Assembly (NCBI GenBank): GCA_964619365.1
Contig: CAZUDQ010000004.1
Span: 13,185-77,184, forward strand
Reading direction: 5' to 3'
Length of the DNA: 64,000 bases
From: an uncultured archaeon
GTDB taxonomy: Archaea; Altiarchaeota; Altiarchaeia; JAFGQM01
The notes under the pieces were generated by a model that did no database searches, was not told where the DNA came from, and worked only from the letters and a program-made list of their open reading frames with translations. How positions within the stretch are numbered: position 1 is the first letter of the stretch; each line of letters opens with the position of its first letter. Shown piece by piece: positions 1-9,599 of the stretch. The position numbers and the translations under genes were made by a program.

Positions 1-210
1 AATAAATTTGGCGTAGAAAAAACAGTTGCCATACTGTCCTTAAAAGACGAGCTTGTGGCAATCGGGCAATCACTTGAGGCAACAGAAGATATCGTGCGCC
101 TAAAAAACGGACTTGTAGTTAAGACAAGTAAGGTGTTTATGGAACCAGGCACTTATCCTAAATTATGGAAAAAAGAAGAGAGCGAGACTGAAGCGCAAAA
201 TGGAGAATGA
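1..210 (+). CDS. cbf5: C-terminal part (PUA domain) of H/ACA pseudouridine synthase Cbf5, truncated by the window start
   Basis: Frame 1 reads ...VAILSLKDELVAIGQSL...VKTSKVFMEPGTYPKLWKK..., the typical archaeal Cbf5 C-terminus; TGA at 208-210. Confidence 0.85.
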   Translation, partial: NKFGVEKTVAILSLKDELVAIGQSLEATEDIVRLKNGLVVKTSKVFMEPGTYPKLWKKEESETEAQNGE

Positions 211-805
211 TCATTATTTTACAAAAAATCCGACATCAGTCGAACATCCACGGACAATAAGCATTTTTGTCAACGGTAAAAATATTCTGTTTAAGACTTC
301 ATCGTCAATGTTTTCTCCAAAAAGAATAGACCCTGCAACACTTCTCCTAATCGAAAACATGCAGCTTCCGGAGGGAACTCCACGAGTCCTTGATATGGGG
401 GCAGGATACGGTCCAATAGGCATCTGTGCTGCAATAGGCCGCCCCTCAGCAGAGATTGTAATGGCTGAGATAAACGAGCGGGCAAGCAGGCTTGCAAAAG
501 AAAATGTAATTGCCGCAAGAACGACTAATGTTACTGTTGTTGAATCGGATTTTTTCTCGAATATAACAGGCAGTTTCGATGTCATACTTTCAAATCCGCC
601 GATTGCAATAGGCATGAAGTGCATTGAAGAGTTTATAAGAGAATCCAAGACTAGGTTAAACCAGGATGGCAGTTTACAGCTCGTCGCACGCCACAATAAA
701 GGTGGTTCGCGTATAGCGGGAATGATGGAAAATGTTTTTGGAAACTGCGATACAATAACAAAAGGCGGAGGGTTTAGGGTTTATATAGCATACAATTCAA
801 AATAA
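200..805 (+). CDS. Class I SAM-dependent methyltransferase, RsmC/MTS family
   Basis: HYF N-terminus, FS..RID..T.LL, VLDMGAGYGPIG motif I, ILSNPP motif IV, GGFRV C-terminus. Confidence 0.85.
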   Translation: MENDHYFTKNPTSVEHPRTISIFVNGKNILFKTSSSMFSPKRIDPATLLLIENMQLPEGTPRVLDMGAGYGPIGICAAIGRPSAEIVMAEINERASRLAKENVIAARTTNVTVVESDFFSNITGSFDVILSNPPIAIGMKCIEEFIRESKTRLNQDGSLQLVARHNKGGSRIAGMMENVFGNCDTITKGGGFRVYIAYNSK

Positions 806-834
806 TCACTTTTATCTCTTAACTAACTTTATTT

Positions 835-918
835 GCTGAGGTGGCGGAATTTGGCAACGCGCTAGACTGCTAATCTAGTTTCCTCCGGGAATTCTGGGTT
901 CAAATCCCAGCCTCAGCG
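835..918 (+). tRNA. tRNA-Ser(GCT)
   Basis: Acceptor GCTGAGG/CCTCAGC, anticodon arm CTAGA-CTGCTAA-TCTAG, long variable arm TTCC-TCCG-GGAA, T-loop TTCAAAT, G discriminator. Confidence 0.95.
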
Positions 919-963
919 CCTTATTTTTATTATAGTAGTCCTAACAGGAACTGACTTTTCCCC

Positions 964-1833
964 TTAGAAAAAAGTTGAAAGAGTCGCCTGCCGGCTTCCT
1001 CTTTGTGGGTGCACTCTGTTTTTCTGGTACATAGGCGGTTTTGTCTGAGTGAGAATCGCGATATCATGGCCCCCCTTAGGTGGCGAGTACTGCGCGCAGA
1101 CATCCTTAAAGAGGCAGTAATTGCAAAGCGGCCCTTCACACTTGGGAAACTCAATACACCCTTCAATTTCTTTTATCTTTGAGACAACGGTTCTTACATG
1201 AGTTGCGAGTTCGTCCTCAGTTCTTTTCGATGTGACTGCGCTTGCAAACTTTAGCATCTCCCACCTTAACTCGATTTCTTTTGCTTCGGGAAATTTTTCA
1301 TGTGCCCATTTTCCATACATTCCCAGCTGGCGGTCTTTGTCTGCGCTTGCCTGGTTAATCATGCGGCTTGAGGTCTTATAATCGCAAACTATTAGTGTAT
1401 CACCCCTCTTTGCAAGACGGTCAATTCGCACGTACCATTCGTTCCCGTCCGGAAGCTTTAACAAATCATTTGTTTCAAGGTCAAGGGTGACTTCAGAGTC
1501 AAATGGTGCATAATTCTTATAATATTCACTTAAGCATTTTTCGCCAGTCTTAAGGTAGTCTTCCATTCTCATCCCGGCTTTTGCGATTATAACCGAATCA
1601 GTCCATTTTTTGCCCCAAGCATCACTATAATCCGAGATAATATTTTCTAAAGTTGGAACGTCACCTTTCATGACATGGGCATAAACACCTTCAAGAGCAT
1701 CGTGTACCCGGCTTCCCATGAATGTTTCAACGGTATCGGGATATTTTACCTTTACCCTGTCAATGTATTGAAACTTGTACTTTAGGCGGCACTGCTCAAA
1801 TGAACCTATCCTCGAATTGGAGTAACGCGTCAT
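964..1833 (-). CDS. PD-(D/E)XK RecB/Cas4-like nuclease with Fe-S cysteines and a C-terminal PIP box
   Basis: YSNSRI..FEQC, GSRVH, RIDRL, CDYKT, QLGMY motifs; CNYC.....C cluster; ends in QATLSTFF. Confidence 0.8.
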   Translation of the reverse strand: MTRYSNSRIGSFEQCRLKYKFQYIDRVKVKYPDTVETFMGSRVHDALEGVYAHVMKGDVPTLENIISDYSDAWGKKWTDSVIIAKAGMRMEDYLKTGEKCLSEYYKNYAPFDSEVTLDLETNDLLKLPDGNEWYVRIDRLAKRGDTLIVCDYKTSSRMINQASADKDRQLGMYGKWAHEKFPEAKEIELRWEMLKFASAVTSKRTEDELATHVRTVVSKIKEIEGCIEFPKCEGPLCNYCLFKDVCAQYSPPKGGHDIAILTQTKPPMYQKNRVHPQRGSRQATLSTFF

Positions 1834-1864
1834 CGTCTTTAGTTTGAGCTTGACCTAACAAAAG

Positions 1865-3406
1865 CTATAAGTCCATCGTGCCGTTTTTAGACGGTATCCT
1901 AACATCGCTGTGAAAGTCGCAGAAGGCCTCAGGGTTAAGCGTATGGATAGGTATTAGGATATCAGGGCTTATGCGTCTTATCATCTCTTTAATGTCATTT
2001 GGTGCCGCGTGGCCCGAGCAATGAACCTTATGCATCTTAATATTATAATGTTCAAGCCAGTTTAGCATGACTGTCCTCATCTTCTTGTTATCCTCACCTT
2101 CGAGAAAGTGCTCGGATGAAGAATATATGTAATCCCCACCCTTTGGATTGATGTGAGCCAGTTCTATGAATCTTGTAAAATTAACAAATAGCACGTAGTC
2201 TTCTGGATTTTCTTGAAGCTCTTTATATGTCAGCGTCCATTTCCCCATATCCTCCTCTGTGCGATACATGCCAGGTTTTCTCCTGCCGCTTTTTTGAAGC
2301 CAGTCTTCAGGGAGCTCCCCTCCATAGTACCCTTTCCATACTTTGTCATAGTGCTTTTCGCTCCAGTCACCCTTGGAATTCAACCTGTAATAAAGACCAA
2401 ACTCATCACGCGAATCCGGAAGCCAGTCTATCTTCTCATTTAACGAGTCGATAAGAAACGCATAGCGCGGATCTATCACGAGTTTTCTTCCAGCCTCCTT
2501 TGCCGCTTCCCATATGCTTTTTAGGCGGTCAACATTACACATGGCAAAGTGAGCAAAGACAAGACCATTTGATTCAGATATGATATCAAAACAGCGCTTT
2601 TTAACTTCCGCCTCACTTTCAGAACTCTTTTTTTCATCTTCTTCCACCTCTTCTATTTCTCCAGCACTAAGTCCTGTTTTTTTAAGTTCTTTTTCGGGAA
2701 CTGGCATTCTGGTCCCTTCGCAAAGCATTATTTTTGGGCAGGATTTTTCTGCCTCTCTTATGAATTCCTCTGTCATACTTGCCATATGCCCATGCATCCT
2801 TAAGTCGCCGCTAAATGCAATATTTCCTTCTTCTTCGTTTTTGATGACATAGCCGTAAGCACCGGGTGTTGAATGCTCAACGTGGATAGGATTGAATTCA
2901 AGTCCCTTGACCCGCACAGAGTCTCCGCTCTTAAAAGGATGCATGCGTTTTCCAATAAATTCCTCATCACGCGAAAGGCAAGAATCGTCATACCCGTATT
3001 TACAGAATCGTGGGTAAAGTTCAGCATACGTGCGCATAATGTCTAAGGTCCCATGACCTAAGTGCACAGGAATTTGGGGGTCTAAGAACTTGAGTTCTCC
3101 TGTATGGTCTGAATGGTGATGCGTGAGGAATACTGCGTCAATATCCCCCTTTTGGTACTTAAGGTCTGTATGGTTTAACATCTCTTTTGAATAGAGTCCG
3201 GGAACTTTTGGAACAAGATTCCAGGCAAAATATGGAGCGAGGCCATCCCCGATTCTGGGACTTAAATTCTCTTCTTCAAGAAAGACACCTTCGCCAAAAT
3301 CAAAAGGCATCCCGAAATCAAGATAACACTTGGCACCTCCACCCTCAAGAAGTATTTTATTGCCGCCGATTTCCCCAGCACCTCCGTAAAAAGTGAATTT
3401 TGTCAT
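1865..3406 (-). CDS. Metallo-beta-lactamase/beta-CASP fold hydrolase, RNase J-like
   Basis: GEIGGN, LDFG, THHHSDH (HxHxDH), EHS, FSGDLR, CEGT, HCSGHA and IPIHT motifs. Confidence 0.8.
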   Translation of the reverse strand: MTKFTFYGGAGEIGGNKILLEGGGAKCYLDFGMPFDFGEGVFLEEENLSPRIGDGLAPYFAWNLVPKVPGLYSKEMLNHTDLKYQKGDIDAVFLTHHHSDHTGELKFLDPQIPVHLGHGTLDIMRTYAELYPRFCKYGYDDSCLSRDEEFIGKRMHPFKSGDSVRVKGLEFNPIHVEHSTPGAYGYVIKNEEEGNIAFSGDLRMHGHMASMTEEFIREAEKSCPKIMLCEGTRMPVPEKELKKTGLSAGEIEEVEEDEKKSSESEAEVKKRCFDIISESNGLVFAHFAMCNVDRLKSIWEAAKEAGRKLVIDPRYAFLIDSLNEKIDWLPDSRDEFGLYYRLNSKGDWSEKHYDKVWKGYYGGELPEDWLQKSGRRKPGMYRTEEDMGKWTLTYKELQENPEDYVLFVNFTRFIELAHINPKGGDYIYSSSEHFLEGEDNKKMRTVMLNWLEHYNIKMHKVHCSGHAAPNDIKEMIRRISPDILIPIHTLNPEAFCDFHSDVRIPSKNGTMDL

Positions 3407-3552
3407 AGCGCAGTTATTTTATACGGAGATTTAATAAGTCTATTTGCTATAAAAGCACTGGTCACTCGCCAAAACCCCCTTTTATATCCATTCCTTCTAA
3501 TAAATCGCTTTTTAATCCTAATTAAAACACATACAACAAAGGAGATAATCAA

Positions 3553-3969
3553 ATGGCAGAATGGGGAGGGTGGTGGACGAATAGAGGAAAAGACACCATC
3601 GTCAAATGCACTTTTTGTGGAAGAAACGTGCCTAAGCACAAAGCGGTAGAAGTTAAGGTCGGCGGGAGACTCTCGCGCGACGTATATGAAGTGGCAGAAG
3701 TGGTCTCAATGGCCTCAACCAAAGGTTATGCATGCATAAGCTGCGCTAAGCATCGTCACATAATAAAAGACGGTATCCATACGACTGAAAAAGAAAAGCG
3801 TCTGAAAAAACACGCAAAAGCTAAGCGTGAAATGGACAAAGTTCTTATAAGAATCAAGGAAATCGAAAAGGCTGAAAAAAGCGCAAAGCCAAAACCTTTG
3901 GATAATAAAACATCTGAAAAGAAGGTTGTTGAGGCAAAGAAAGCTCCAGTCGAAGAAAAGAAGGAGTAA
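3553..3969 (+). CDS. rps26e: 30S ribosomal protein S26e with a Lys/Glu-rich C-terminal extension
   Basis: VKCTFCGRNVPKHKA and YACISCAKHRHI zinc motifs; upstream AGGAG. Confidence 0.75.
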   Translation: MAEWGGWWTNRGKDTIVKCTFCGRNVPKHKAVEVKVGGRLSRDVYEVAEVVSMASTKGYACISCAKHRHIIKDGIHTTEKEKRLKKHAKAKREMDKVLIRIKEIEKAEKSAKPKPLDNKTSEKKVVEAKKAPVEEKKE

Positions 3970-4014
3970 TCCTTCTTAGTTTTTTATTTTCTATTAAACT
4001 CTAGTACTTTTTCT

Positions 4015-4097
4015 GCGAGGGTGCCGGAGTGGTCAAACGGGCCAGGCTTAGGACCTGGTGGCTTAGGTCTGCGCGGGTTCGAACCCCGTCCCTTGCA
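4015..4097 (+). tRNA. tRNA-Leu(TAG)
   Basis: Acceptor GCGAGGG/CCCTTGC, anticodon arm CCAGG-CTTAGGA-CCTGG, long variable arm, GGTTCGAACC T-arm, A discriminator. Confidence 0.95.
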
Positions 4098-4113
4098 CTC
4101 GTTTTCTTTAATT

Positions 4114-4860
4114 ATGGATGGCAACAATACAAAGGATATAGTCCGTAAGAAATATTCTGCCATAGCTTCTGCTCCTTCACCTTGTTCATGTTGTCAGCCC
4201 AGCGCTTGTAAATCTAAGGACGTAATGTCTGAAATCGGATATTCATCCGAAGAGCTTTCAAACGTCCCTGAGGCGGCTCTTGGCCTTGGATGTGGGAACC
4301 CAACTGCGTTTGCTCAGATACAGGAAGGTGACACAGTAATTGACTTTGGCTGTGGTGCGGGGATAGATTGTTTTCTTGCCTCTAAAAAGACAGGAGAAAC
4401 AGGCAGGGTAATTGGAATTGATATGACTCCAGCCATGATTGATAAGTCTAAAGAGTTCGCAGAAAAATATGATTATTCCAATTGCGAGTTCATACTCGCA
4501 GATATCGAGGATATCCTACTTCCTGATGATTCTGCAGATGTGATAATAAGCAATTGTGTAATAAATCTTGCACCATCAAAAGAGAAGGTATTCTCTGAAA
4601 CCTATCGTCTCCTTAAACCGCATGGGCGACTTGTAGCTTCAGACATGGTTCTTACAAGAGAACTTACAGAAAGCCAAAGAAATGACCCAGACCTTATTGC
4701 AGGATGCGTGGGTGCTGCGATACTGCGTGACGACTATCTAGACCTCATAAAAGCAGCTGGATTTAGTTCAGTAAAAATAGTTTCAGAGAACAAGGACATA
4801 TCAAAAAGCCAGTATCAGGCTATGCCTGTTTTAAGCCTGCGTTATATTGCTGAAAAGTAA
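4114..4860 (+). CDS. arsM: Arsenite S-adenosylmethyltransferase
   Basis: N-terminal [38 protein letters not shown]; start placed at ATG 4114 because the longer ORF runs through the tRNA. Confidence 0.9.
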   Translation: MDGNNTKDIVRKKYSAIASAPSPCSCCQPSACKSKDVMSEIGYSSEELSNVPEAALGLGCGNPTAFAQIQEGDTVIDFGCGAGIDCFLASKKTGETGRVIGIDMTPAMIDKSKEFAEKYDYSNCEFILADIEDILLPDDSADVIISNCVINLAPSKEKVFSETYRLLKPHGRLVASDMVLTRELTESQRNDPDLIAGCVGAAILRDDYLDLIKAAGFSSVKIVSENKDISKSQYQAMPVLSLRYIAEK

Positions 4861-4862
4861 GA

Positions 4863-6824
4863 TTATTGTTCTGTAAAATCAGAACTCATCCTTAGCTCTT
4901 CTTCAGCCTTAAGATCGTCTATATCCTTTAAGATTTCAGGGTCTATTATATACTCCAATTCCTGCTGCTTCTTTTTCTCAAGGAGTTTTATCTCATGGAT
5001 TTTATTCCTAAGTATGCGTTTTTCTCCACCTTTCTTTAGTGCGCGGCCCAAATGCTCAGAAGCTTCTCTACCGCCAAGTAATTTTAAGTGAATAACATAA
5101 TCGGCCCCCTCCCTGTAGAAGTCTATTGCATTCTCAAGAGTTTTTGCCGTGACAAATATTATTGCCTTGGGGTTGACGTCACTAGTCCTGTTAATGATGA
5201 ACTTTGAGTCGTCTTCATCGGGTACCGTGGATATCACAATCTTTGCATCGTGAAGTTTTATCTTCTCAAGAATCTCAACATCTTCTATGTCCCCGTAAAG
5301 GCAGTGGACTCCGCGTTTCATAAGTTTCTTTATTACTTCTGGATTATGGTCTACAACGACAAAATGAGTATCAGTCTGCTGCAGTTTATTAACAATCTCC
5401 ATCCCCATTATATGCGCCCCGAAAAGAACGACGTGATTTTTCATCTCACGATCCGGGAAATGCTCAAGCCTGTGTTTTTCTCCGTGTTTTTGCATGCGTT
5501 CAAAGCGTGAGAGTATACCTGAAAATGGCATATACATGGCGTTGCCGTATTTTATTAGGTATGGAGTAAGCGAAATTGTCACAATCGCCATAATCAAAGT
5601 CATTGGAAGAACATAGGCTTCGTCCCCCCCCGCAAGACTTCCACCAGCAATAGCCATAGGTATTCCCAGTACAAGGATAAGGGAGAATTCGCTTACTTGA
5701 CCTAATGCAACACCTGAGAGAAAAGACGTTCGTTTCTCATAGCCGCTCAAAAGCGAAAGTATTGTTATTACAGCAGGCTTTATTACCAGCAAAAGTCCAC
5801 AGAAGACAAGTGCGGGAATAAGGATTGCCCCATAATCTATGTTAAGGGTAAACTGCATTCCAAGAGACACAAAGAACATTATTGCAAAAAAGTCGCGCAA
5901 CGGTTTTATTTTTGAGGCGACCTCAATGTTATATGGGAAAACCGCAAGCGAGAGCCCACCTATAAAGCCACCTATCGCCATAGAAAATCCTAAGGAGTAA
6001 GCCATAAGTGCAAAGATAAATGCCATCGATAAAGCAAATAAAAAGACAAGTTCGCTAGACTTTGATATGGGTTTAAGGATTTTTGGCGATACATACCTGC
6101 TTAAAACAATGGCAATAGCGAAAAGTCCAAGAACCGTGATAATCGCATTTGCAATTGGTTCGATTGAAATTGCACCCATCTCTTCAGCCGAGGACAGTAC
6201 TGACATCACAATTACAACGAGAATATCCTGCATAAGAAGGATACCTAAGATTATTCTACCGTGAAGTGTTTCAATTTCATCACGATCAGAAAGTATCTTG
6301 ATTACAACCATAGTGCTTGAGAATGCAAGGATTAAACCAAGATACATTGCAGACATGGCAGAAAAGCCCAGTACAGCCGCGGCAAAATAGCCTATAACAA
6401 AGGTTATCGCAACTTGTCCTGTGCCTATTATAACTGCTGCCTTGCCAACATCTTTTAAGCGCGATAAGTCTAGTTCGATTCCTACTGTAAAAAGAAGGAA
6501 GGTTATGCCAAGTTCAGAAAGAGCTGTAACAAAAACCTGGTCTGCGATTATATTATGTTGGAATATGAGTGTGCTCCCTATCGGCCCTATTAGTATACCT
6601 GCGATAATATAAGCAGGTATGAGAGGTTGTTTTAGTCCCGTTGCAACAAACGCGAGAATTGTTGCCATGACAACAACGGCCCCCAGTTCGGCAATTATCA
6701 AGATTTCGCCATGGACGTCTTCACCCAAAAGCTCCTCTAGGCCATTTTGTTCACCATCCGAAAGGCCAAAAGCCATGGGGATTAGTATGAAAAGTGCAAT
6801 AATCGCAAAAAATATCTTTTTCAT
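4863..6824 (-). CDS. CPA2/Kef-type cation:proton antiporter with C-terminal TrkA-N (KTN) domain
   Basis: LKQP.I.AYI..G, FSST.VV.K.L, GILLMQD, LRDFF..MFF; many TM helices; C-terminal HVVLFGAHIMG. Confidence 0.9.
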   Translation of the reverse strand: MKKIFFAIIALFILIPMAFGLSDGEQNGLEELLGEDVHGEILIIAELGAVVVMATILAFVATGLKQPLIPAYIIAGILIGPIGSTLIFQHNIIADQVFVTALSELGITFLLFTVGIELDLSRLKDVGKAAVIIGTGQVAITFVIGYFAAAVLGFSAMSAMYLGLILAFSSTMVVIKILSDRDEIETLHGRIILGILLMQDILVVIVMSVLSSAEEMGAISIEPIANAIITVLGLFAIAIVLSRYVSPKILKPISKSSELVFLFALSMAFIFALMAYSLGFSMAIGGFIGGLSLAVFPYNIEVASKIKPLRDFFAIMFFVSLGMQFTLNIDYGAILIPALVFCGLLLVIKPAVITILSLLSGYEKRTSFLSGVALGQVSEFSLILVLGIPMAIAGGSLAGGDEAYVLPMTLIMAIVTISLTPYLIKYGNAMYMPFSGILSRFERMQKHGEKHRLEHFPDREMKNHVVLFGAHIMGMEIVNKLQQTDTHFVVVDHNPEVIKKLMKRGVHCLYGDIEDVEILEKIKLHDAKIVISTVPDEDDSKFIINRTSDVNPKAIIFVTAKTLENAIDFYREGADYVIHLKLLGGREASEHLGRALKKGGEKRILRNKIHEIKLLEKKKQQELEYIIDPEILKDIDDLKAEEELRMSSDFTEQ

Positions 6825-6875
6825 TCTTTTGGGCGCTTAATCACTCAGATATTAACGAGACAAGAAATTAAAGCA

Positions 6876-7562
6876 TTAGCCCTCAACCGTTCCGATTCTA
6901 GGTATTTTTCCAACTTTTCCAACATTCCTGCCTTTTACTATGAAAACACCGTCGATTTCTTTGCCCACGTATTCTTTAGCAAATAAGATGCCGTCCTCTA
7001 TTTCTCCCACTTTATTTGCAATAGCTGTTGCAAAGGCATCGGCAATTGCCGCGTTTTTGGCAAAGACAATTGTTGCGTCACAATTTCCAAAACTTATTGA
7101 ATGTCCGACTTTCCCTGACGATGTGCATATGGCATAACCGCTTTCTTTTGGGTTTATCTCAAATACGAGCCTCTCAGATACTGGATTATTGCCAGCGTGT
7201 ACAGATACTTTAAAAATTCTGTCCCCATAACAAAATATATCCCCACCGTTTTCAACTATTGCCCAGGAGCACCCAGATTCTTTTAGCTTTTTGCAAATAA
7301 GTTCAGATACAGTCCCTGCAACAGCAGCCATCGGCCCAACATCCGCTTTTTTACTTGCATCCAGCATTTCACGGATGATTTCAGGGAGATTTTCTTCACT
7401 TAAACTTATCGGCTCATGTGATGTTTGGAAATAGGGATCTTTTTTGATGACCCCCTCAAGAGTATGCCTTAGGTTTGCGATTTCCTCTCGTATGAGCTCT
7501 CCTGCGTCTGTTTGTGCTTCAACAGAGATAATAGAGTCCTTGTATCTGAATGTTTCGAGCAT
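6876..7562 (-). CDS. UPF0280/ApbE-like protein (MA1715-like, sulfide assimilation)
   Basis: VGPMAAVAG, IVENGGDI, ICTSSGKVGHSISFG, ADAFATA. Confidence 0.85.
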   Translation of the reverse strand: MLETFRYKDSIISVEAQTDAGELIREEIANLRHTLEGVIKKDPYFQTSHEPISLSEENLPEIIREMLDASKKADVGPMAAVAGTVSELICKKLKESGCSWAIVENGGDIFCYGDRIFKVSVHAGNNPVSERLVFEINPKESGYAICTSSGKVGHSISFGNCDATIVFAKNAAIADAFATAIANKVGEIEDGILFAKEYVGKEIDGVFIVKGRNVGKVGKIPRIGTVEG

Positions 7563-7948
7563 TAGAATTCAGGTTTTTTAAGGGCGCCTCTGGGACAAGC
7601 ATCAATACAGTTGCCACAAAGCGCGCACTTATCTTCATCATATTCAAGCTTACCTTCCTTGTTTATGCTAAATGCCCCAACTGGACAAATGGCGACGCAC
7701 GCTCCACAATTGATACACTTTTCTTTATCATAAAGCACAGCGTCTTTTTGTTCGCTTGTCGGAACTCCCCTTTCCTTTAAGAATGAAAGAATAGTTTTTT
7801 CTTTTTCTTTTGGGAACCTTATCAGAATATTCCCATTGGCATCAGCCCTGAGCATGTTTATGGGGACGCCTGTCTTAAGGATACATTCGGCAAGAACCGG
7901 CTCGTTTACTTGTTTTTCCGTTAATTTTATCAGGTATTTTTTAGTCAT
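7562..7948 (-). CDS. NIL-domain 2x[4Fe-4S] ferredoxin (MA1822/MJ0099-like)
   Basis: N-terminal EPVL...INMLRA; two CxxCxxCxxxCP motifs; adjacent to the DUF39 gene. Confidence 0.85.
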   Translation of the reverse strand: MTKKYLIKLTEKQVNEPVLAECILKTGVPINMLRADANGNILIRFPKEKEKTILSFLKERGVPTSEQKDAVLYDKEKCINCGACVAICPVGAFSINKEGKLEYDEDKCALCGNCIDACPRGALKKPEF

Positions 7949-7958
7949 ACTTTCCCCC

Positions 7959-9479
7959 CTATTTCCTTAATGCGGATGCTAAGTCCCCGTTTGTAATAAT
8001 ACCTAAGATCTCACCCTTTGCCCCTATCACAGGAAGTGCTGAGATATTGTTTCGCCTCATTTTTTCTGCGGCAATAATGGTTGTTTCCTTAGGACTTGTT
8101 GTGATGACCTTTCTTGTTGCAACTTCCTCTAGCTTTTCTTTTCCTTCAGCAAGAGCGCGCGCGAGATCCCAAGACGTGACAATACCCCAAAGCTTGTCCC
8201 CCCTTTCGATAAGTATGTGGTTTATCCCTTTCCCTATCATAAGTTTCGAGACCTCCGTTATAGTCCCGGTTTCCTTAATGGTAATTGCCCGTTTCATTAT
8301 GGAGGATACTTCCGGTCCGTTTTGTCTCATTGGACGCACAATGGATTTTTTCGGAAAGTATGAAATGGGTTCGGCAATACTAAAAGCATCTTTTTCCACC
8401 CAGGTTTTAAGCTCGTCTGCAATTTCCCTTGCGAGGTCTAAAGAAGCTAGAGATGAAGTCCTTACCTCCTTATTTCCGAGTTCAATTTTCCCCGAGCGAA
8501 GCTCTTTATAGTTAACTTCCTTTAGTATGGGTTTTCCCGGTGCCGAATAGTCAAGTACATTTGTAAAAATCTCTTCGTCCTTTATCGCGCAGCGTTTTGC
8601 GATATCCTCATTGAGTATTGGTATTGGTATTCCCAGTCCAACATAAAGACTTACGCCGTATCCAGTAAAGCTTCCACCACGAATGTATTTCGGACTGCAT
8701 CCTTTGAGGTCGCCTTTTACTGCAATAGTTCCGGCAGGTCCCACAGGAACGCCGTTTTTGCGCGGAACCTCGGTGTTAAATTGGGTACCTTCTCCAATCA
8801 CAAAGCCTTCACCACCACCTAAGAATATCCGAGTGCCAAACCCTATTGTCTCAAAGTAAGGGTCGTTTATCAAAGGCGAAAGTTGAGATGATGTAGTATA
8901 AGTGACATTACCATTATCTGGAAGAAGTTTCCCCATGTATGTGTATATGGGCGTTTCAGAGGAGTTTGTCGCGGCCGCATAGTTCTGGTATGCATTTCTT
9001 GGATTAAGGAGCCAGGCCTGGTTGAGGTCGTTTAGAGTAAAATCAGTCTTTACTTTCTTTCTGGGATAGCAGTCTGTTCCATTAGATGTTGCCCTAAGCT
9101 CGATTTCCTCGCCCTTAAGCAAGTCTTCGATGACATGGCCGCCTCCGTATGATATTCCTTCAGTCTCTGAGAGCTGAGTTGCGCCTAAGTATGCATCAAC
9201 GGCTGCAATCCCGGTATATGCCTCAACATCGTTAAGCCATACCTTCTGCATCTTGATAGGGGGGTCTGAATGTCCGAAATTAAGAAGGGCACCAGATGAG
9301 CACATGGCCCCAAAAGTACCTGTTGTTACTACATCAACCTCCTTTGCAGCAACACTCACGCCGTTTTCCTCGACAAAAGAGATCATTTCTTCAGCAGTCA
9401 GGACTAGCGCGTCCCCGCTTTTAATCTTCTCATTAATCTCTGCATAGCTTTTAGTATGCGCTTTGTTGCTCTTTGTCAT
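7959..9479 (-). CDS. L-aspartate semialdehyde sulfurtransferase (DUF39 + CBS; MA1821/MJ0100-like, homocysteine biosynthesis)
   Basis: EINEKI..G.A.VLTAEE, VDVVTTGTFGAMCSSG, YGGGHVIEDL, NPRNAYQNY; C-terminal CBS pair. Confidence 0.9.
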   Translation of the reverse strand: MTKSNKAHTKSYAEINEKIKSGDALVLTAEEMISFVEENGVSVAAKEVDVVTTGTFGAMCSSGALLNFGHSDPPIKMQKVWLNDVEAYTGIAAVDAYLGATQLSETEGISYGGGHVIEDLLKGEEIELRATSNGTDCYPRKKVKTDFTLNDLNQAWLLNPRNAYQNYAAATNSSETPIYTYMGKLLPDNGNVTYTTSSQLSPLINDPYFETIGFGTRIFLGGGEGFVIGEGTQFNTEVPRKNGVPVGPAGTIAVKGDLKGCSPKYIRGGSFTGYGVSLYVGLGIPIPILNEDIAKRCAIKDEEIFTNVLDYSAPGKPILKEVNYKELRSGKIELGNKEVRTSSLASLDLAREIADELKTWVEKDAFSIAEPISYFPKKSIVRPMRQNGPEVSSIMKRAITIKETGTITEVSKLMIGKGINHILIERGDKLWGIVTSWDLARALAEGKEKLEEVATRKVITTSPKETTIIAAEKMRRNNISALPVIGAKGEILGIITNGDLASALRK

Positions 9480-9599
9480 TTCGAAACCTTATTGATAGTG
9501 GATATAAAAAAGATTCTAAGTAAGGATATTACTATAAGTAATATAAAAAGTAGGTATCCAAATGCTTTTTAGGCCTATTTCTCAAATTAGGCACTTAGA

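Noticed and set aside
835-3406. Integrated element or CRISPR adaptation module at tRNA-Ser
   Set aside because: No integrase, no duplicated tRNA 3' end, and no cas1/cas2 or array were seen.
4021-4113. N-terminal extension of ArsM in the ORF track
   Set aside because: It is a reading frame through tRNA-Leu; the likely start is ATG 4114.
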